From the NCBI GenBank assembly GCA_017542055.1, contig JAFXXW010000030.1, forward strand, positions 369 through 64,368: a stretch of DNA of 64,000 bases, read 5' to 3'. Source of the DNA: Kiritimatiellia bacterium. Its GTDB lineage: Bacteria; Verrucomicrobiota; Kiritimatiellia; RFP12; UBA1067. Below are positions 11,371-21,061 of the stretch, in pieces (position 1 is the first letter of the stretch; every line of letters starts with the position of its first letter). The position numbers and the translations under genes are program-made. A model generated the notes under the pieces. That model was not told the origin of the DNA. It was given only the letters and a program-made list of their open reading frames with translations, and searched no databases.

Positions 11371-13907
11371 CACAGGTCTTCGGCCTTGGCCGCAAACTCG
11401 ATATCCGGGAACATGGCCTTGGCGTTCTTTTCGTAGTCAGGGAACTCCTGCACCACCTTCTGGGCGATCTGTTCGCCGCGCGCCGCCGCCGCCGCATCGT
11501 CCGAGCAGATGATACGCATCGTCAACGCCGCGCCGCACATGGCTTCGGCCCAAGACAGCTTGGACAGCCGGGGACGGCAATTCTCGCGCCCGCCCTCCAC
11601 GAATTCGATGATGATTTCGTTGAGGTTGCCGTGATAGCCCTGATAGAACTTGACCCACGTCAGCTTCATCGGCGTGCCGTTGGACTTGGACAGCACGATT
11701 TCCTTTTCGTTGATGCTCGTGACCGTGCTGCCTTTCAGCTTGGACCGTTTGAAGGTGTAATCCTTGAGGTTCTTGATGAAGATGTCCTGCACCGACTTCA
11801 TCGCCACCACCTTGCGCATCTCGTCTTTGGCCGCCATTTCCGCCTCGGCAGTGGTGAATTCGGCCTTGACCTGGTTGAGCTGGCGCTCGGCGCTCTTCCA
11901 GTCCAGCTGGCGGAACACGCCCGACGCCACCAACGACTCGAACTTGTCGCGGATGGCCTGGCTTTCCTCCTCGATTTTCGCCGCACGGGCTTCGTCGGCG
12001 GCTTTCCGGCGGGCTTCGCGATCGGCCTGTTCGGCCTCCTTCTTGGCCTTGCGATCGGCCTCCAGCTTGTCCAGGCGCATGCGATTGACCGTCTGCTTGA
12101 CCGTCTTTTCGCCCTTGGAATTGATGTACCCGACGCCCTTCTTCAGGTTTTCCACGTCCTTGGACGCCTCGATGAGGCCGTAGTCCTCCACCACCTTGCG
12201 CGAGATGGCCGAAAGCTTGTCCATCGTGGCGCGATCGGAGCCGGTTATCTGCTCGGCCTCTTCGCACGTCTGAACCACCCGCGTGACGCCCGCCCGGATC
12301 CTTACGGCCGAAGCCTGGCACGAGCAGGCGCGGTCCCACAGATCCTTGAGGTCGTTGACGACCGGCGGCACTTCCGCTGCGGCACCGCCTTCGGCCGGGG
12401 CGGCCGGAACGGCTTCAGGGGCCGGTTGGGGTGCGGCCGGAGCTTCCGCCGGGGCGGCGGGGACAGCTTCCGGAGCCGGAGCTTCCGCCGGGGCGGCCGA
12501 CGGATTCTTGGCCGCCTCGATGGCGTCCTTCAATTCCTGCGTCGGCTCGAACTGCATGTAGGAAGCGAATTCAGGCATGATCTGCTTCATTTCGGCGATC
12601 GTCTTTTCCACGCCGTCGACGCCCTGCTTGGCCAACGCGTCGGTCTTGTCGGCGAAATTGGCCGCGGTGTTGCGCGTGTCGGCGATGGCCTGGCGCGCTT
12701 TGGCGATGCCGTCCGTGATCTGCTTGACGATGGCCGCCTGGCGTTCGGCCTTGTCGCTGGCCTGATACCAGACGAGGAAACCGATGATGCCGCCGATGGC
12801 CGCGATGCCGATGCCCACGAACATCAGAATCTTGCCGACCACGCTGCCGCCCTCTTCCTCCTCGTCGTCCTTGGCCGCCTCCGCCTTGGCTTCTTCGGCT
12901 CCGTCGGACGATTCGGACCCGGCAGCCGCCTTGGGCGGAACCTTGAGCCCGGGACGTTTGCGGATCGGACGGACCATCTTGGTGCCGCCTGCCCGGATGG
13001 GCTTGGCGCCGGACGCGGTGACTGCGGTGCCGGACGCATCCATCTTGACGGTGGGATTCTTTTGCGTCGTGCCGAGACCCGACTTGAGCACTTCCTTGAT
13101 CTGCTCGATGAGCGCCTCGAAGCTGGGATAGCGGTCTTCCTTGTTGAGGGCAAGCATCGTCATAACCAGATCGTCCACCGCCGGCGTAAGGCCCGGCCGG
13201 ACCTCGCTCGGCTTCTTGGGCGCGCCCTGGAAACGCGCCTTGACCACCGCGATCGCATCCTCGCCGTCGAACGGCGGGACGCCCGTGAGCGCATGGTAAA
13301 GCGTTCCGCCCAGGCTATACATGTCGGCGCGGAAATCCACCGGCTCCTTCTTGACCTTCTCGGGGCTGATGTAGTAAGGCGTGCCCCAGATTTCGCTCGT
13401 GTCCTTCTGCATGGCGGCGAGACCGAAATCCACCAGCTTGGCGTTGCCGTTGGCGTCCAGCAGGATGTTCTCGGGCTTCACGTCGCCATGGATGATGCCC
13501 ATGTCCGACGCGCACTGCAGCGCCTGGGCGATCTGCTGGATGATCTTGATGACGCGCTGCACCTCGGTGGTGCCCTTGTTGTGCTCGATCATCTTCTCGA
13601 GATTCGTGCCAGTCACCAGCTCCATGGCGATGTACGGCATCTCCTTGCAGATGCCGTAGGAATAGACTTGGGCGATGTTCGGATGCAGCAGCTTGGCCAC
13701 CGCCTGGGCCTCCTTCTTGAACTTGCTGACGAACTCGGGATCCTTGCCGTATTCCGGCAGCATCACCTTGACCGCCACCGGCCGGTCGAGCATTTTGTCG
13801 CGGCCCAGATAAACGCCGCCCATGCCGCCCTGCCCCAGCTCGCGTTCGAGCATGAAGTTGTCGGTCTCGCCAAACAATCCCGGAGTGGGAATAAGTTGTT
13901 CGCTCAT
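11370..13907 (-). CDS. Membrane Ser/Thr protein kinase with a long coiled-coil/unknown C-terminal domain
   Basis: Hanks kinase motifs are present (GQGGMGGVY, VAVK, HGDVKPENIL, DFG, SPE). One TM segment (ILMFVGIGIAAIGGIIGFLVWY) is followed by about 470 aa of extracytoplasmic region with an Ala/Pro repeat. The ATG at 13907 overlaps the lepB stop (ATGA). Confidence 0.85.
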   Translation of the reverse strand: MSEQLIPTPGLFGETDNFMLERELGQGGMGGVYLGRDKMLDRPVAVKVMLPEYGKDPEFVSKFKKEAQAVAKLLHPNIAQVYSYGICKEMPYIAMELVTGTNLEKMIEHNKGTTEVQRVIKIIQQIAQALQCASDMGIIHGDVKPENILLDANGNAKLVDFGLAAMQKDTSEIWGTPYYISPEKVKKEPVDFRADMYSLGGTLYHALTGVPPFDGEDAIAVVKARFQGAPKKPSEVRPGLTPAVDDLVMTMLALNKEDRYPSFEALIEQIKEVLKSGLGTTQKNPTVKMDASGTAVTASGAKPIRAGGTKMVRPIRKRPGLKVPPKAAAGSESSDGAEEAKAEAAKDDEEEEGGSVVGKILMFVGIGIAAIGGIIGFLVWYQASDKAERQAAIVKQITDGIAKARQAIADTRNTAANFADKTDALAKQGVDGVEKTIAEMKQIMPEFASYMQFEPTQELKDAIEAAKNPSAAPAEAPAPEAVPAAPAEAPAAPQPAPEAVPAAPAEGGAAAEVPPVVNDLKDLWDRACSCQASAVRIRAGVTRVVQTCEEAEQITGSDRATMDKLSAISRKVVEDYGLIEASKDVENLKKGVGYINSKGEKTVKQTVNRMRLDKLEADRKAKKEAEQADREARRKAADEARAAKIEEESQAIRDKFESLVASGVFRQLDWKSAERQLNQVKAEFTTAEAEMAAKDEMRKVVAMKSVQDIFIKNLKDYTFKRSKLKGSTVTSINEKEIVLSKSNGTPMKLTWVKFYQGYHGNLNEIIIEFVEGGRENCRPRLSKLSWAEAMCGAALTMRIICSDDAAAAARGEQIAQKVVQEFPDYEKNAKAMFPDIEFAAKAEDL

Positions 13908-14647
13908 CGTATTTTCCTCCATCCGTTAAACGGCCAGAAAACCACACTGCCAACGCCGCGAAGCTTGGTTCCCGGAACCGCACCCCAATAGCGTGAATCG
14001 AAACTGTTGTTGAAATTGTCGCCGCACGCGAAGTATTCGTCCGCACCCGTCTCGATCACGGTCGGCAAATCCGGCCGACCCGCCACCGGATGCTCCAGGA
14101 CGTAGGTCTGCCCGGGCGTGGCCTTGATGCGCTTGATGTAATGCGTGCCCTGCTGCAGCTGGGGAATGCCGGTGGTGGAAAACACCGCCACCTCGCCGAC
14201 CTGCGGCCGGAAGAAATTCCACCGCCAGCGATTGACGAAAATGAAATCGCCCGTGCGGACCGCGCCCTTCCAGACGCTCTCGCCCTTGCGCACGAACTTG
14301 CCCGCCACCGTCAGCGCCGCGTCCGCCGGCAGCACGAACGGTTTTTTGGAAGTGCCCACGTAGATGTTGGCGTTGCCGTCCGCGCGCGGCACCGCCCGGA
14401 CCGTACCGGAATTTTCCGCCTTCAGCTCCACCACCTTTTCGCCCGTCCAGACCCACTTGAGGACGGAAAGCGGAAACTTGTCCCAAGCTCCCTGCTCCAC
14501 GCCCGGGACCGTATGGTTGCCCCACAGCGTTTCCTGCATGGAGCCGGTGGGGATGTTGAACGGCTGGAAGAAGTACGCCCTGAACGCCATGGCGACGGAA
14601 ATCGCCACCACCAACGTATCGAGCCACTCCTGACAGAACTTCTTCAC
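13904..14647 (-). CDS. lepB: Signal peptidase I
   Basis: 247 aa with the S26 motifs IPTGSM and GDNFNNSFDSRYWG. The GTG start overlaps the guaB stop (GTGA). Confidence 0.85.
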   Translation of the reverse strand: MKKFCQEWLDTLVVAISVAMAFRAYFFQPFNIPTGSMQETLWGNHTVPGVEQGAWDKFPLSVLKWVWTGEKVVELKAENSGTVRAVPRADGNANIYVGTSKKPFVLPADAALTVAGKFVRKGESVWKGAVRTGDFIFVNRWRWNFFRPQVGEVAVFSTTGIPQLQQGTHYIKRIKATPGQTYVLEHPVAGRPDLPTVIETGADEYFACGDNFNNSFDSRYWGAVPGTKLRGVGSVVFWPFNGWRKIR

Positions 14648-16140
14648 GCGCGGTAGTTGGGAGCTTCCTTGGTGATGGTTATGTCATGCGGTCTGGCCTC
14701 GCGCTGTCCGGCCGCGGTAACCCGGTAGAACTTGCCGTTCTCCTGGAGTTCCGGGATGCTCCTGGCGCCGCAATACCCCAGGCTTGCCTTGAGTCCGCCA
14801 CAGAACTGCACCATGATCGAGCGCACGTGGCCGGAATAAGGCACCATGCCCTCGATACCCTGCGGCACCAGATCGTCCTCGGTCTCGTTGTCCTGGAAGT
14901 AGCGCGCCCGGGAGCCCTTGCCGTTCTTGAGCGCCGCCATCGACCCCATGCCGCGATAAACCACGTACTTGCGGCCGTTGGAATAGATCTTTTCGCCCGG
15001 GCTTTCTTCCGTGCCCGCCAAAACCGAACCCAGCATGACCGAATCGGCGCCTGCCGCGATCGCCTTGGGCACGTCGCCAGACAGCTTGATGCCGCCATCG
15101 GCAATCACCGCCACGCCCGAACCCCTCAGCGCCTTGGCCGCGTTGTAGACGGCCGTCAGCTGGGGAATGCCCACGCCGCAGACGACGCGAGTGGTGCAGA
15201 TGGATCCGGGACCGATGCCCACCTTGACCGCATGCGCGCCGCACTTGGCCAACGCCAGCGCCGCTTCGCCGGTGGCGATGTTGCCCGCGATCACGTCCAC
15301 TTTGGGGAAATTCTTGACGATGTACTTCGTCATGTCCATGATGCCCTTGGAGTGGCCGTGCGCGGAATCCACCACCACCACGTCCACACCGGCTTCGGCC
15401 AGCTTCTCCATGCGCGAAAGATCGCCCTTGCCGCCCGAAACGGAAGCGGACACCCTGAGCCGGAACTTGTCGTCGCAATTGTAGCCGGAATTGGGATTCT
15501 CGATGATGCGCGCCACGTCGGTGAACGAATAGAGACCCACGATCCTGCCGTCCTTGTTCACGAGCGGGAGCTTGCCGATCTTGTTCTCGCGCATTATCTC
15601 GTAGGCTTTCTTGAGCGTGGTGCCGGGCTTGCCCGTAACCATCGTCTTCTGCATCACGTCGGAAAGCTTGGCGGCGTTCATCGGCGCGAAACGCATGTCG
15701 GAACCGGTGATCATGCCCACCAGCCGCTCCTGGTCGTCCAGCACCGGGAAGCCGTTGAACTTTAGCCCCATGCGCTTCTTCTCCGAGCGGAGAAAACTGA
15801 TGTCGTCGTTCGCGTGGAAGCAGATAGGGGTTTCGATGAGACCGTTCAGATAGTTTTTGACTTTGGCCACTTCGCGCGCCTGGTCGTCCTCCTCCAGGTT
15901 CTTGTGGATGCAGCCGATACCACCCGCGAGGGCCATCGCAATGGCCATGGGGGCTTCGGTAACCGTGTCCATCGCCGCCGAGATGAACGGGATTTTCATC
16001 TTGACGCGCGCGGTCAAATTGGTCTCCAAACTTGCCTCGTCCGGCAGAAAATCGGCATACTGCGTGACCAAAGTCACATCATCATACGTCAGGCCTTCGT
16101 ACGGGAAGGTCTTCATAAACGAATCCATGTACTTGTTCAT
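14644..16140 (-). CDS. guaB: IMP dehydrogenase
   Basis: 498 aa with CBS pair insertion and the catalytic loop [11 protein letters not shown]. Confidence 0.95.
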   Translation of the reverse strand: MNKYMDSFMKTFPYEGLTYDDVTLVTQYADFLPDEASLETNLTARVKMKIPFISAAMDTVTEAPMAIAMALAGGIGCIHKNLEEDDQAREVAKVKNYLNGLIETPICFHANDDISFLRSEKKRMGLKFNGFPVLDDQERLVGMITGSDMRFAPMNAAKLSDVMQKTMVTGKPGTTLKKAYEIMRENKIGKLPLVNKDGRIVGLYSFTDVARIIENPNSGYNCDDKFRLRVSASVSGGKGDLSRMEKLAEAGVDVVVVDSAHGHSKGIMDMTKYIVKNFPKVDVIAGNIATGEAALALAKCGAHAVKVGIGPGSICTTRVVCGVGIPQLTAVYNAAKALRGSGVAVIADGGIKLSGDVPKAIAAGADSVMLGSVLAGTEESPGEKIYSNGRKYVVYRGMGSMAALKNGKGSRARYFQDNETEDDLVPQGIEGMVPYSGHVRSIMVQFCGGLKASLGYCGARSIPELQENGKFYRVTAAGQREARPHDITITKEAPNYRA

Positions 16141-16193
16141 ATACTTGACTCCTGGAGAGCGCCGATTAGGGCATTCTCAACCTTTTCCTTCAT

Positions 16194-16222
16194 ATTATAC
16201 CATATTTCCCCGCCAATTGCAA
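16194..16222 (-). promoter_or_regulatory. Promoter of the guaB operon
   Basis: TTGCAA-N17-TATAAT within GGGGAAATATGGTATAATA. It has a leader of about 50 nt with an AGGAG SD. Confidence 0.7.
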
Positions 16223-16248
16223 GAGGAAAATGCAAAAAGTTGCAAAAT

Positions 16249-16336
16249 TGGTGCCAGAAGCGGGACTCGAACCCGCACGCCCGATACCGGGCAGGGGATT
16301 TTAAGTCCCCGGTGTCTGCCATTCCACCATTCTGGC
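16249..16336 (-). tRNA. tRNA-Leu (anticodon UAA), CCA encoded
   Basis: The reverse complement reads GCCAGAATGGTGGAATGGCAGACACCGGGGACTTAAAATCCCC...GCGGGTTCGAGTCCCGCTTCTGGCACCA. It has a 7-bp acceptor stem, the anticodon loop CTTAAAA, a long variable arm and the T-loop TTCGAGT. Confidence 0.9.
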
Positions 16337-16350
16337 GCTATATGCTTGTC

Positions 16351-17139
16351 TTACCATTCCGACGTCTCCGGCAGCGGTGCGGGGTCGTTGGGACGGATCA
16401 AAAGCGAAGGATTCTCCTCCAACCGGCGGCTGAGCTCTTTGAGACTGGACGAAAGCTCTTCCATATTGCCCACCACCGTGCCCACCCCGGTGGACTGGCT
16501 TTCGAGGAGCAGATCGACCTGGCGGGAGATGTTGGCGGCGCGAACCGCCACCTCGGACAGATTGCTCCAGGCGCTCGCGAAGTCCATGCTGCCGATCTGG
16601 TTCATCAGCCTAGCCGCCGCGCTGGAAAGACTGTCCATCATCGACGGCGCGGGCGGAATCGTGATGTAGCGCGACAACCACGTCACCGGTTTGTCGTCCA
16701 CCGGAATCTCCGGAATCTGCAACTCGATGTGACTCAGCCCCGTGATGCCGCTGGTTGAAATGGTGGCGTGCAGACCGTGCGCCACGTACTCCTTGACAAT
16801 CATCTCCGCGCTGTAGCCGTCGGCCGCCTTGAACTTGCGACGGTCCAACGCCATCGTCACCACTATCCGCTGGAGCGTGGACGTGTCGATTTCGCTGCCC
16901 GGATAAAGCGACGCCGCAAAATCGATGTCGCGCACCTCGCCCACCTTCACGCCGCGAAAATCCACGCTGCTGCCCACCGACAGCCCGCTCACCGAAGTAT
17001 CGAAATAGCTCTCCACCATCACTTCCTGGTCGGCGTCGCCCACACCCGCCAGATACGTCAGCGCGGCGGCTATGGCCAACGTCCCGGCAAATACCGCAAA
17101 TCCGATTTTGGCGTAGCTGGCGTGGTTTTCGCTAGACAT
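16351..17139 (-). CDS. MCE/MlaD-family substrate-binding protein
   Basis: 262 aa with an N-terminal TM segment and an MCE domain (GLSVGSSVDFRGVKVGEV). Confidence 0.8.
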   Translation of the reverse strand: MSSENHASYAKIGFAVFAGTLAIAAALTYLAGVGDADQEVMVESYFDTSVSGLSVGSSVDFRGVKVGEVRDIDFAASLYPGSEIDTSTLQRIVVTMALDRRKFKAADGYSAEMIVKEYVAHGLHATISTSGITGLSHIELQIPEIPVDDKPVTWLSRYITIPPAPSMMDSLSSAAARLMNQIGSMDFASAWSNLSEVAVRAANISRQVDLLLESQSTGVGTVVGNMEELSSSLKELSRRLEENPSLLIRPNDPAPLPETSEW

Positions 17140-17875
17140 GGCTTTCTCCCCGTGTAAAGAAATCGCGAACGAACGGGTCGTCCGATGTTGCCTCGAGTTC
17201 CGCCGGCGTACCCAGCGCGATCATCGCCTGACGCGACTTTTCGAACATGGCGCACCGGTCGGCGATCTTGAAAATGCTCGGCAGTTCGTGCGTAACCACC
17301 ACGAACGTCATGCCCTGCTCGGCCTTGAGCTTGAGGATGAGACGGTCCAGCGAAGCGGAAGTGACCGGGTCGAGTCCGGCGGACGGCTCGTCCAGAAATA
17401 GCACCTCCGGCTCCAGCGCCATCGCCCGCGCGATCGCCACCCGCTTGCGCATGCCTCCGGAAATTTCGGACGGCAGCTTGCCGGCCGCGTCCTGCAGTTC
17501 CACGTCCGCGAGCAGTTTCATCGCGCGCTCCCGCCGCGCTTTGCGCTTCAGGCCCGAAAACTCCTCCAACGGCAAAAGCACGTTCTCGAGACACGTCATC
17601 CCGCCGAAAAGCGCGCCCGACTGGTACATGACGCCGATCTTCCGGCAGAGCCCCTGGCGCGTCCGGTCAGACCATTCCTCCCCGCACACCTTGAGCTTGC
17701 CGCCCAACACCGGATTGAGCCCGATCATGTGCTTCATGATCGTGGACTTGCCGCACCCGGACGTGCCCAAAAGCGCAAACACCTCGCCCTTCCGGACGTC
17801 GAACGAAACGTCCTTCAGCACGATGGCGCCGGGATAGCCGGCATCCACATTCTCCAGCTCGATTACAGGTTCCAT
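17132..17875 (-). CDS. ABC transporter ATP-binding protein (MlaF family)
   Basis: 247 aa from the ATG at 17875 with Walker A GTSGCGKST, signature ISGGMRKR and Walker B LFLDEP. Confidence 0.85.
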   Translation of the reverse strand: MEPVIELENVDAGYPGAIVLKDVSFDVRKGEVFALLGTSGCGKSTIMKHMIGLNPVLGGKLKVCGEEWSDRTRQGLCRKIGVMYQSGALFGGMTCLENVLLPLEEFSGLKRKARRERAMKLLADVELQDAAGKLPSEISGGMRKRVAIARAMALEPEVLFLDEPSAGLDPVTSASLDRLILKLKAEQGMTFVVVTHELPSIFKIADRCAMFEKSRQAMIALGTPAELEATSDDPFVRDFFTRGESHV

Positions 17876-18654
17876 GCGTAACACATCACCGCCAAAATTC
17901 CGTCCGCCAACGCGATGGACACGATTCCGCCCACCACCGCCGAGGTGACCGCGCGACCCACGCCGTCGGCCGTGTTCTGGGTGCGCATTCCGGCCGAGCA
18001 GCCCACCAAACCCACCAGAAGACCGAAGAGACACGCCTTGCCGAGTCCGAACACGATCATGAACATGTCGGCCGTAGACGCCACGTGACGCCAGAACACG
18101 GCGTTGGGCACGTTCATGAGCTCCAGCACGATCGCTCCGCCCACCAGTCCCGCCAGTTCCGCGAAAATGGTCAGCACCGGCATCGCCAGCACCGCCGCCG
18201 CCACGCGCGGCATCACGAGAAAGCGCACCGGCGGCAAGCCCATCGTCGTCAGCGCGTCCAGTTCCTCGTCCACTTTCATGGTGCCGATTTCCGCCGCGAA
18301 AGCCGACCCCGAACGCCCCGCCAGAATGATGGCCGTCACCAACGGACCCAGCTCGCGGAAGAGCGCGATCGTTATCATGTCCGAAACGTAAATCTCCACC
18401 CCGAAACTCTGCAGCGCCGCCGCCGATTGGAACGACAAAATTACGCCAAGCAGAAAACCGATTCCCGCGCAAATTGGCAACCCGTCGAAAGCCGCGCGCT
18501 CGAACGCCAGCGCCGCATCGCCCAACCGGAAACGTCCCGGCCGGATAAGCATTCCCGCGAATTCCGTCACCGTCTCGCCCAGAAACGACAGATTCTCGTG
18601 CAGCCCTTTGAGGAGCGTCACCCATCGCCGTCCGATACTGTCGAAAAGCGCCAT
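17863..18654 (-). CDS. ABC transporter permease (MlaE family)
   Basis: 263 aa multi-TM protein with the MlaE-like motif RELGPLVTAIILAGRSGSAFAAEIGTMKVDEELDAL. Confidence 0.85.
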   Translation of the reverse strand: MALFDSIGRRWVTLLKGLHENLSFLGETVTEFAGMLIRPGRFRLGDAALAFERAAFDGLPICAGIGFLLGVILSFQSAAALQSFGVEIYVSDMITIALFRELGPLVTAIILAGRSGSAFAAEIGTMKVDEELDALTTMGLPPVRFLVMPRVAAAVLAMPVLTIFAELAGLVGGAIVLELMNVPNAVFWRHVASTADMFMIVFGLGKACLFGLLVGLVGCSAGMRTQNTADGVGRAVTSAVVGGIVSIALADGILAVMCYAWNL

Positions 18655-19238
18655 CAGTCGTTCTTGAGCTGGCGGATGGCGTCGGTCGTGGCCGCGCCCA
18701 ACGCCTCGGAAAACGCCTCGGTGAAATTGCCACCGGTCACCGGCACCGACCTCCCGGCCCGCGCAACGGAAACCCGCTTATGGTCGCAAATCAACATGAG
18801 TTCCACCTCCGCCACCGCCTCGCGCCGACCTTCGCGCCGGCAGTCAAGCGCCAAACGCGTGACCGCAGCTTCGACAACATACGGCGTGGATACGGACGAT
18901 CCCGCGTTGATCACGCCAGGAAACCGTCCGCTGCACTCCAACGCGTCCTCCACCGCGTTGCGCACCAACTGGGGCGGCGGCGCGGCGAACTGGTTGTAGT
19001 TGTCGAACGCAACCGATCCGTCGGCACGGAGCACCGCCAGCCTAGCTCCGTTGTAAGGCGCGCGCACGTTGACTTGCGCCAGCCGCACCGGGCCCAACGT
19101 CAAAACCTCCCCCACCGGCGAAGCGATCGCCGGACGTTCGAACTCCATAGTCCAGTTCACGGCCGGCTTGGGCGCAGACCCCAGACACCCCGACAGCACC
19201 GGCGCCAGACCCAGCGCCAAAAGCATTCTTTTATTCAT
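18654..19238 (-). CDS. ABC-type transport auxiliary lipoprotein (PqiC/DUF330-like)
   Basis: 194 aa with the lipobox LSGC. It is the first gene of the MCE operon and its stop overlaps the permease start (TGATG). Confidence 0.65.
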   Translation of the reverse strand: MNKRMLLALGLAPVLSGCLGSAPKPAVNWTMEFERPAIASPVGEVLTLGPVRLAQVNVRAPYNGARLAVLRADGSVAFDNYNQFAAPPPQLVRNAVEDALECSGRFPGVINAGSSVSTPYVVEAAVTRLALDCRREGRREAVAEVELMLICDHKRVSVARAGRSVPVTGGNFTEAFSEALGAATTDAIRQLKND

Positions 19239-19247
19239 GACAGGTAT

Positions 19248-19276
19248 ATTATATCATATTCCCGACGGAATTGCAA
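19248..19276 (-). promoter_or_regulatory. Promoter of the MCE/ABC operon (near-leaderless)
   Basis: TTGCAA-N17-TATAAT within GGGAATATGATATAATA. There are 9 nt between the -10 hexamer and the ATG at 19238, with no SD. Confidence 0.7.
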
Positions 19277-19323
19277 GCGAAAGTTGCCACTTTTCGGGTC
19301 ATCGGACTGCGCGTGCGGTCCGA

Positions 19324-20154
19324 TCAAGCCAACGCCAGCTTCAGCTCGGCGAGAGACCGGGAAATCTTGACGAGATTCCAGCGACGCGACCAATAAGGAA
19401 TCTCCCGCCAGTAGGAAAGCAACTCCTTGAGTCGACCCAACACCGGTTTTTCGCCGCAAAGTTCGGCGCGACTTTCCTCCACGTAGCGCGCCAGCAACTC
19501 CATGATATCCGCCCGCTCGCCCAACGAACGGACAAAGGGACGCCCGATCATCTGGCCGCCTGGGCCGTTGCAGATCAAAGGGATTGTCGCCGCCTCGCGG
19601 ATGCGATCGAAAGCGGCCATGTCGCACTCGCCTTCGTACATGGCTTTGGCGGTGCGCGGATGAACGGTAAGGAACCTGAGCGGGAACGAATTCAAAAGCG
19701 GCATTAGCCGGAGGAGCTCGTCGTTTTGCTCCACGCCCAGGCGCGCCTTGACGGAAAAGTTGCCCGGCCCCATCACCCGGCAACCCGACTCCAGCATGCG
19801 CCCGAGCACGTCCGGCGTGCGCAAAAGTCCGCTTCCCCGCCCTTTGTTGCGCACCATCGGAAACGGACAGCCGCAATTGAGGTCGGCCGTACGATAGCCG
19901 ATGCTTTTGATTCGCTCGAGACAGTATTCGAGCGCGGCCGGATCCTTGCCGATGAACTGCACCGTTACGCCCGGCTCGAATCCGGAAACTTCGCGGTCCT
20001 TGAGCGGATCCACGCCAGGCATGGCGGAAACGAACGGCGTGATGGCCTCGGTAAAGCCCGACTCGGCGATGGCCGGGGCGAACACGCGCCGGAACGTGCG
20101 GATGGTCACGCCCCTGAGCGGGGCCAAAATCTTAATAAACGAGCTGGCTGCCAC
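19324..20154 (-). CDS. tRNA-dihydrouridine synthase family protein
   Basis: 276 aa with a Dus-like TIM-barrel pattern including DLNCGCP and TVHPRT. Confidence 0.65.
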   Translation of the reverse strand: MAASSFIKILAPLRGVTIRTFRRVFAPAIAESGFTEAITPFVSAMPGVDPLKDREVSGFEPGVTVQFIGKDPAALEYCLERIKSIGYRTADLNCGCPFPMVRNKGRGSGLLRTPDVLGRMLESGCRVMGPGNFSVKARLGVEQNDELLRLMPLLNSFPLRFLTVHPRTAKAMYEGECDMAAFDRIREAATIPLICNGPGGQMIGRPFVRSLGERADIMELLARYVEESRAELCGEKPVLGRLKELLSYWREIPYWSRRWNLVKISRSLAELKLALA

Positions 20155-21061
20155 CGATAGTCTCGCGCAAGATGCTGTCGCCCGGAACGGCGTTGGGCGA
20201 AGCCGACTCGATCAGCCGGAAGAACTCGCAGGAATAGATGATCGGGAAATTCTCCGGCTGGCGCAACCGCACCATTTCCAGAAGACCCAGGATATACGGT
20301 TTCAACACGGCCATTTCGTAGTCGAGCGAAGAATCGAACTCCACATCGGCGCGGGACCGGAAAGGTTCGATCCACTTCTTTTCGCCTTCCCGCACGAACG
20401 GCCAGATGCGCAGCGTTTCCGTAGGATGGGTCTTGCGGAACTGGTTGTCGCGCACAATTCGCCGGTAGAAACGGTTCTCCGCCGACTTGAGCCGAGTGAA
20501 GGCGAACACCTCCAGTTTGCTCGTCGGCTCCACGAAAATGCGATACTTCACTTCTTCCGGCACGAGCTCGGTGAGGAGCGGATTCAGCGAGTGGATGCCT
20601 TCGAGCACGATCACCCCGTTCCCGGGCAGGCGACGCGCAAAGGAGATGTCTTCATAAGGCTCCTTTTTGATGAAATCGAAACGATGCGCCACTATCGTCC
20701 GGCCCTCGAGCAGCGCGTTCAAGTCGGCCGCGAGCTTGACGCGGTCCACGCAGTCCACATGCTCGTAGTCGAGCGAGCCGTCGGGATTCTTGGGGTAGTA
20801 GGGATCGCCTTTGAAATAGTCGTCGGTGGAAAGATGGAGCGCGTAGACCCCGTTGACCCTAAGCTGCGTGCAAAGCCGCTTGGCGGTAGTGGTTTTGCCG
20901 GCCGAAGAGCACCCGGCCAACAACACCAACCGGATTCCGCGCTTGGCGCAAATCGTATCGGCGATGGCGGCGATTTCCTTGCACTGCCTCGCCTCGCACA
21001 CCCGGACGAATTCGTCGAATTCGCCGCCCAGCACCTGTTCGTTGAGTTCGTCGATCGTCAT
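20132..21061 (-). CDS. Uridine kinase-family nucleoside kinase
   Basis: 309 aa with the P-loop GCSSAGKTTTAKRL followed by STDDYF and a PRK/Udk-like core. Confidence 0.55.
   Translation of the reverse strand: MTIDELNEQVLGGEFDEFVRVCEARQCKEIAAIADTICAKRGIRLVLLAGCSSAGKTTTAKRLCTQLRVNGVYALHLSTDDYFKGDPYYPKNPDGSLDYEHVDCVDRVKLAADLNALLEGRTIVAHRFDFIKKEPYEDISFARRLPGNGVIVLEGIHSLNPLLTELVPEEVKYRIFVEPTSKLEVFAFTRLKSAENRFYRRIVRDNQFRKTHPTETLRIWPFVREGEKKWIEPFRSRADVEFDSSLDYEMAVLKPYILGLLEMVRLRQPENFPIIYSCEFFRLIESASPNAVPGDSILRETIGGSQLVY

Noticed and set aside
16241-16256. A perfect-spacing sigma-54 promoter look-alike, TGGCAC-caatt-TTGCA, on the minus strand about 100 nt upstream of guaB. A sigma-54 activator is encoded in the window.
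   Set aside because: The TGGCACCA part is simply the acceptor 3' end plus CCA of tRNA-Leu, and TTGCA is one of three TTGCA words in the spacer. guaB already has a family sigma-70 promoter. The match is most likely coincidental, although a genome-wide sigma-54 scan could revisit it.
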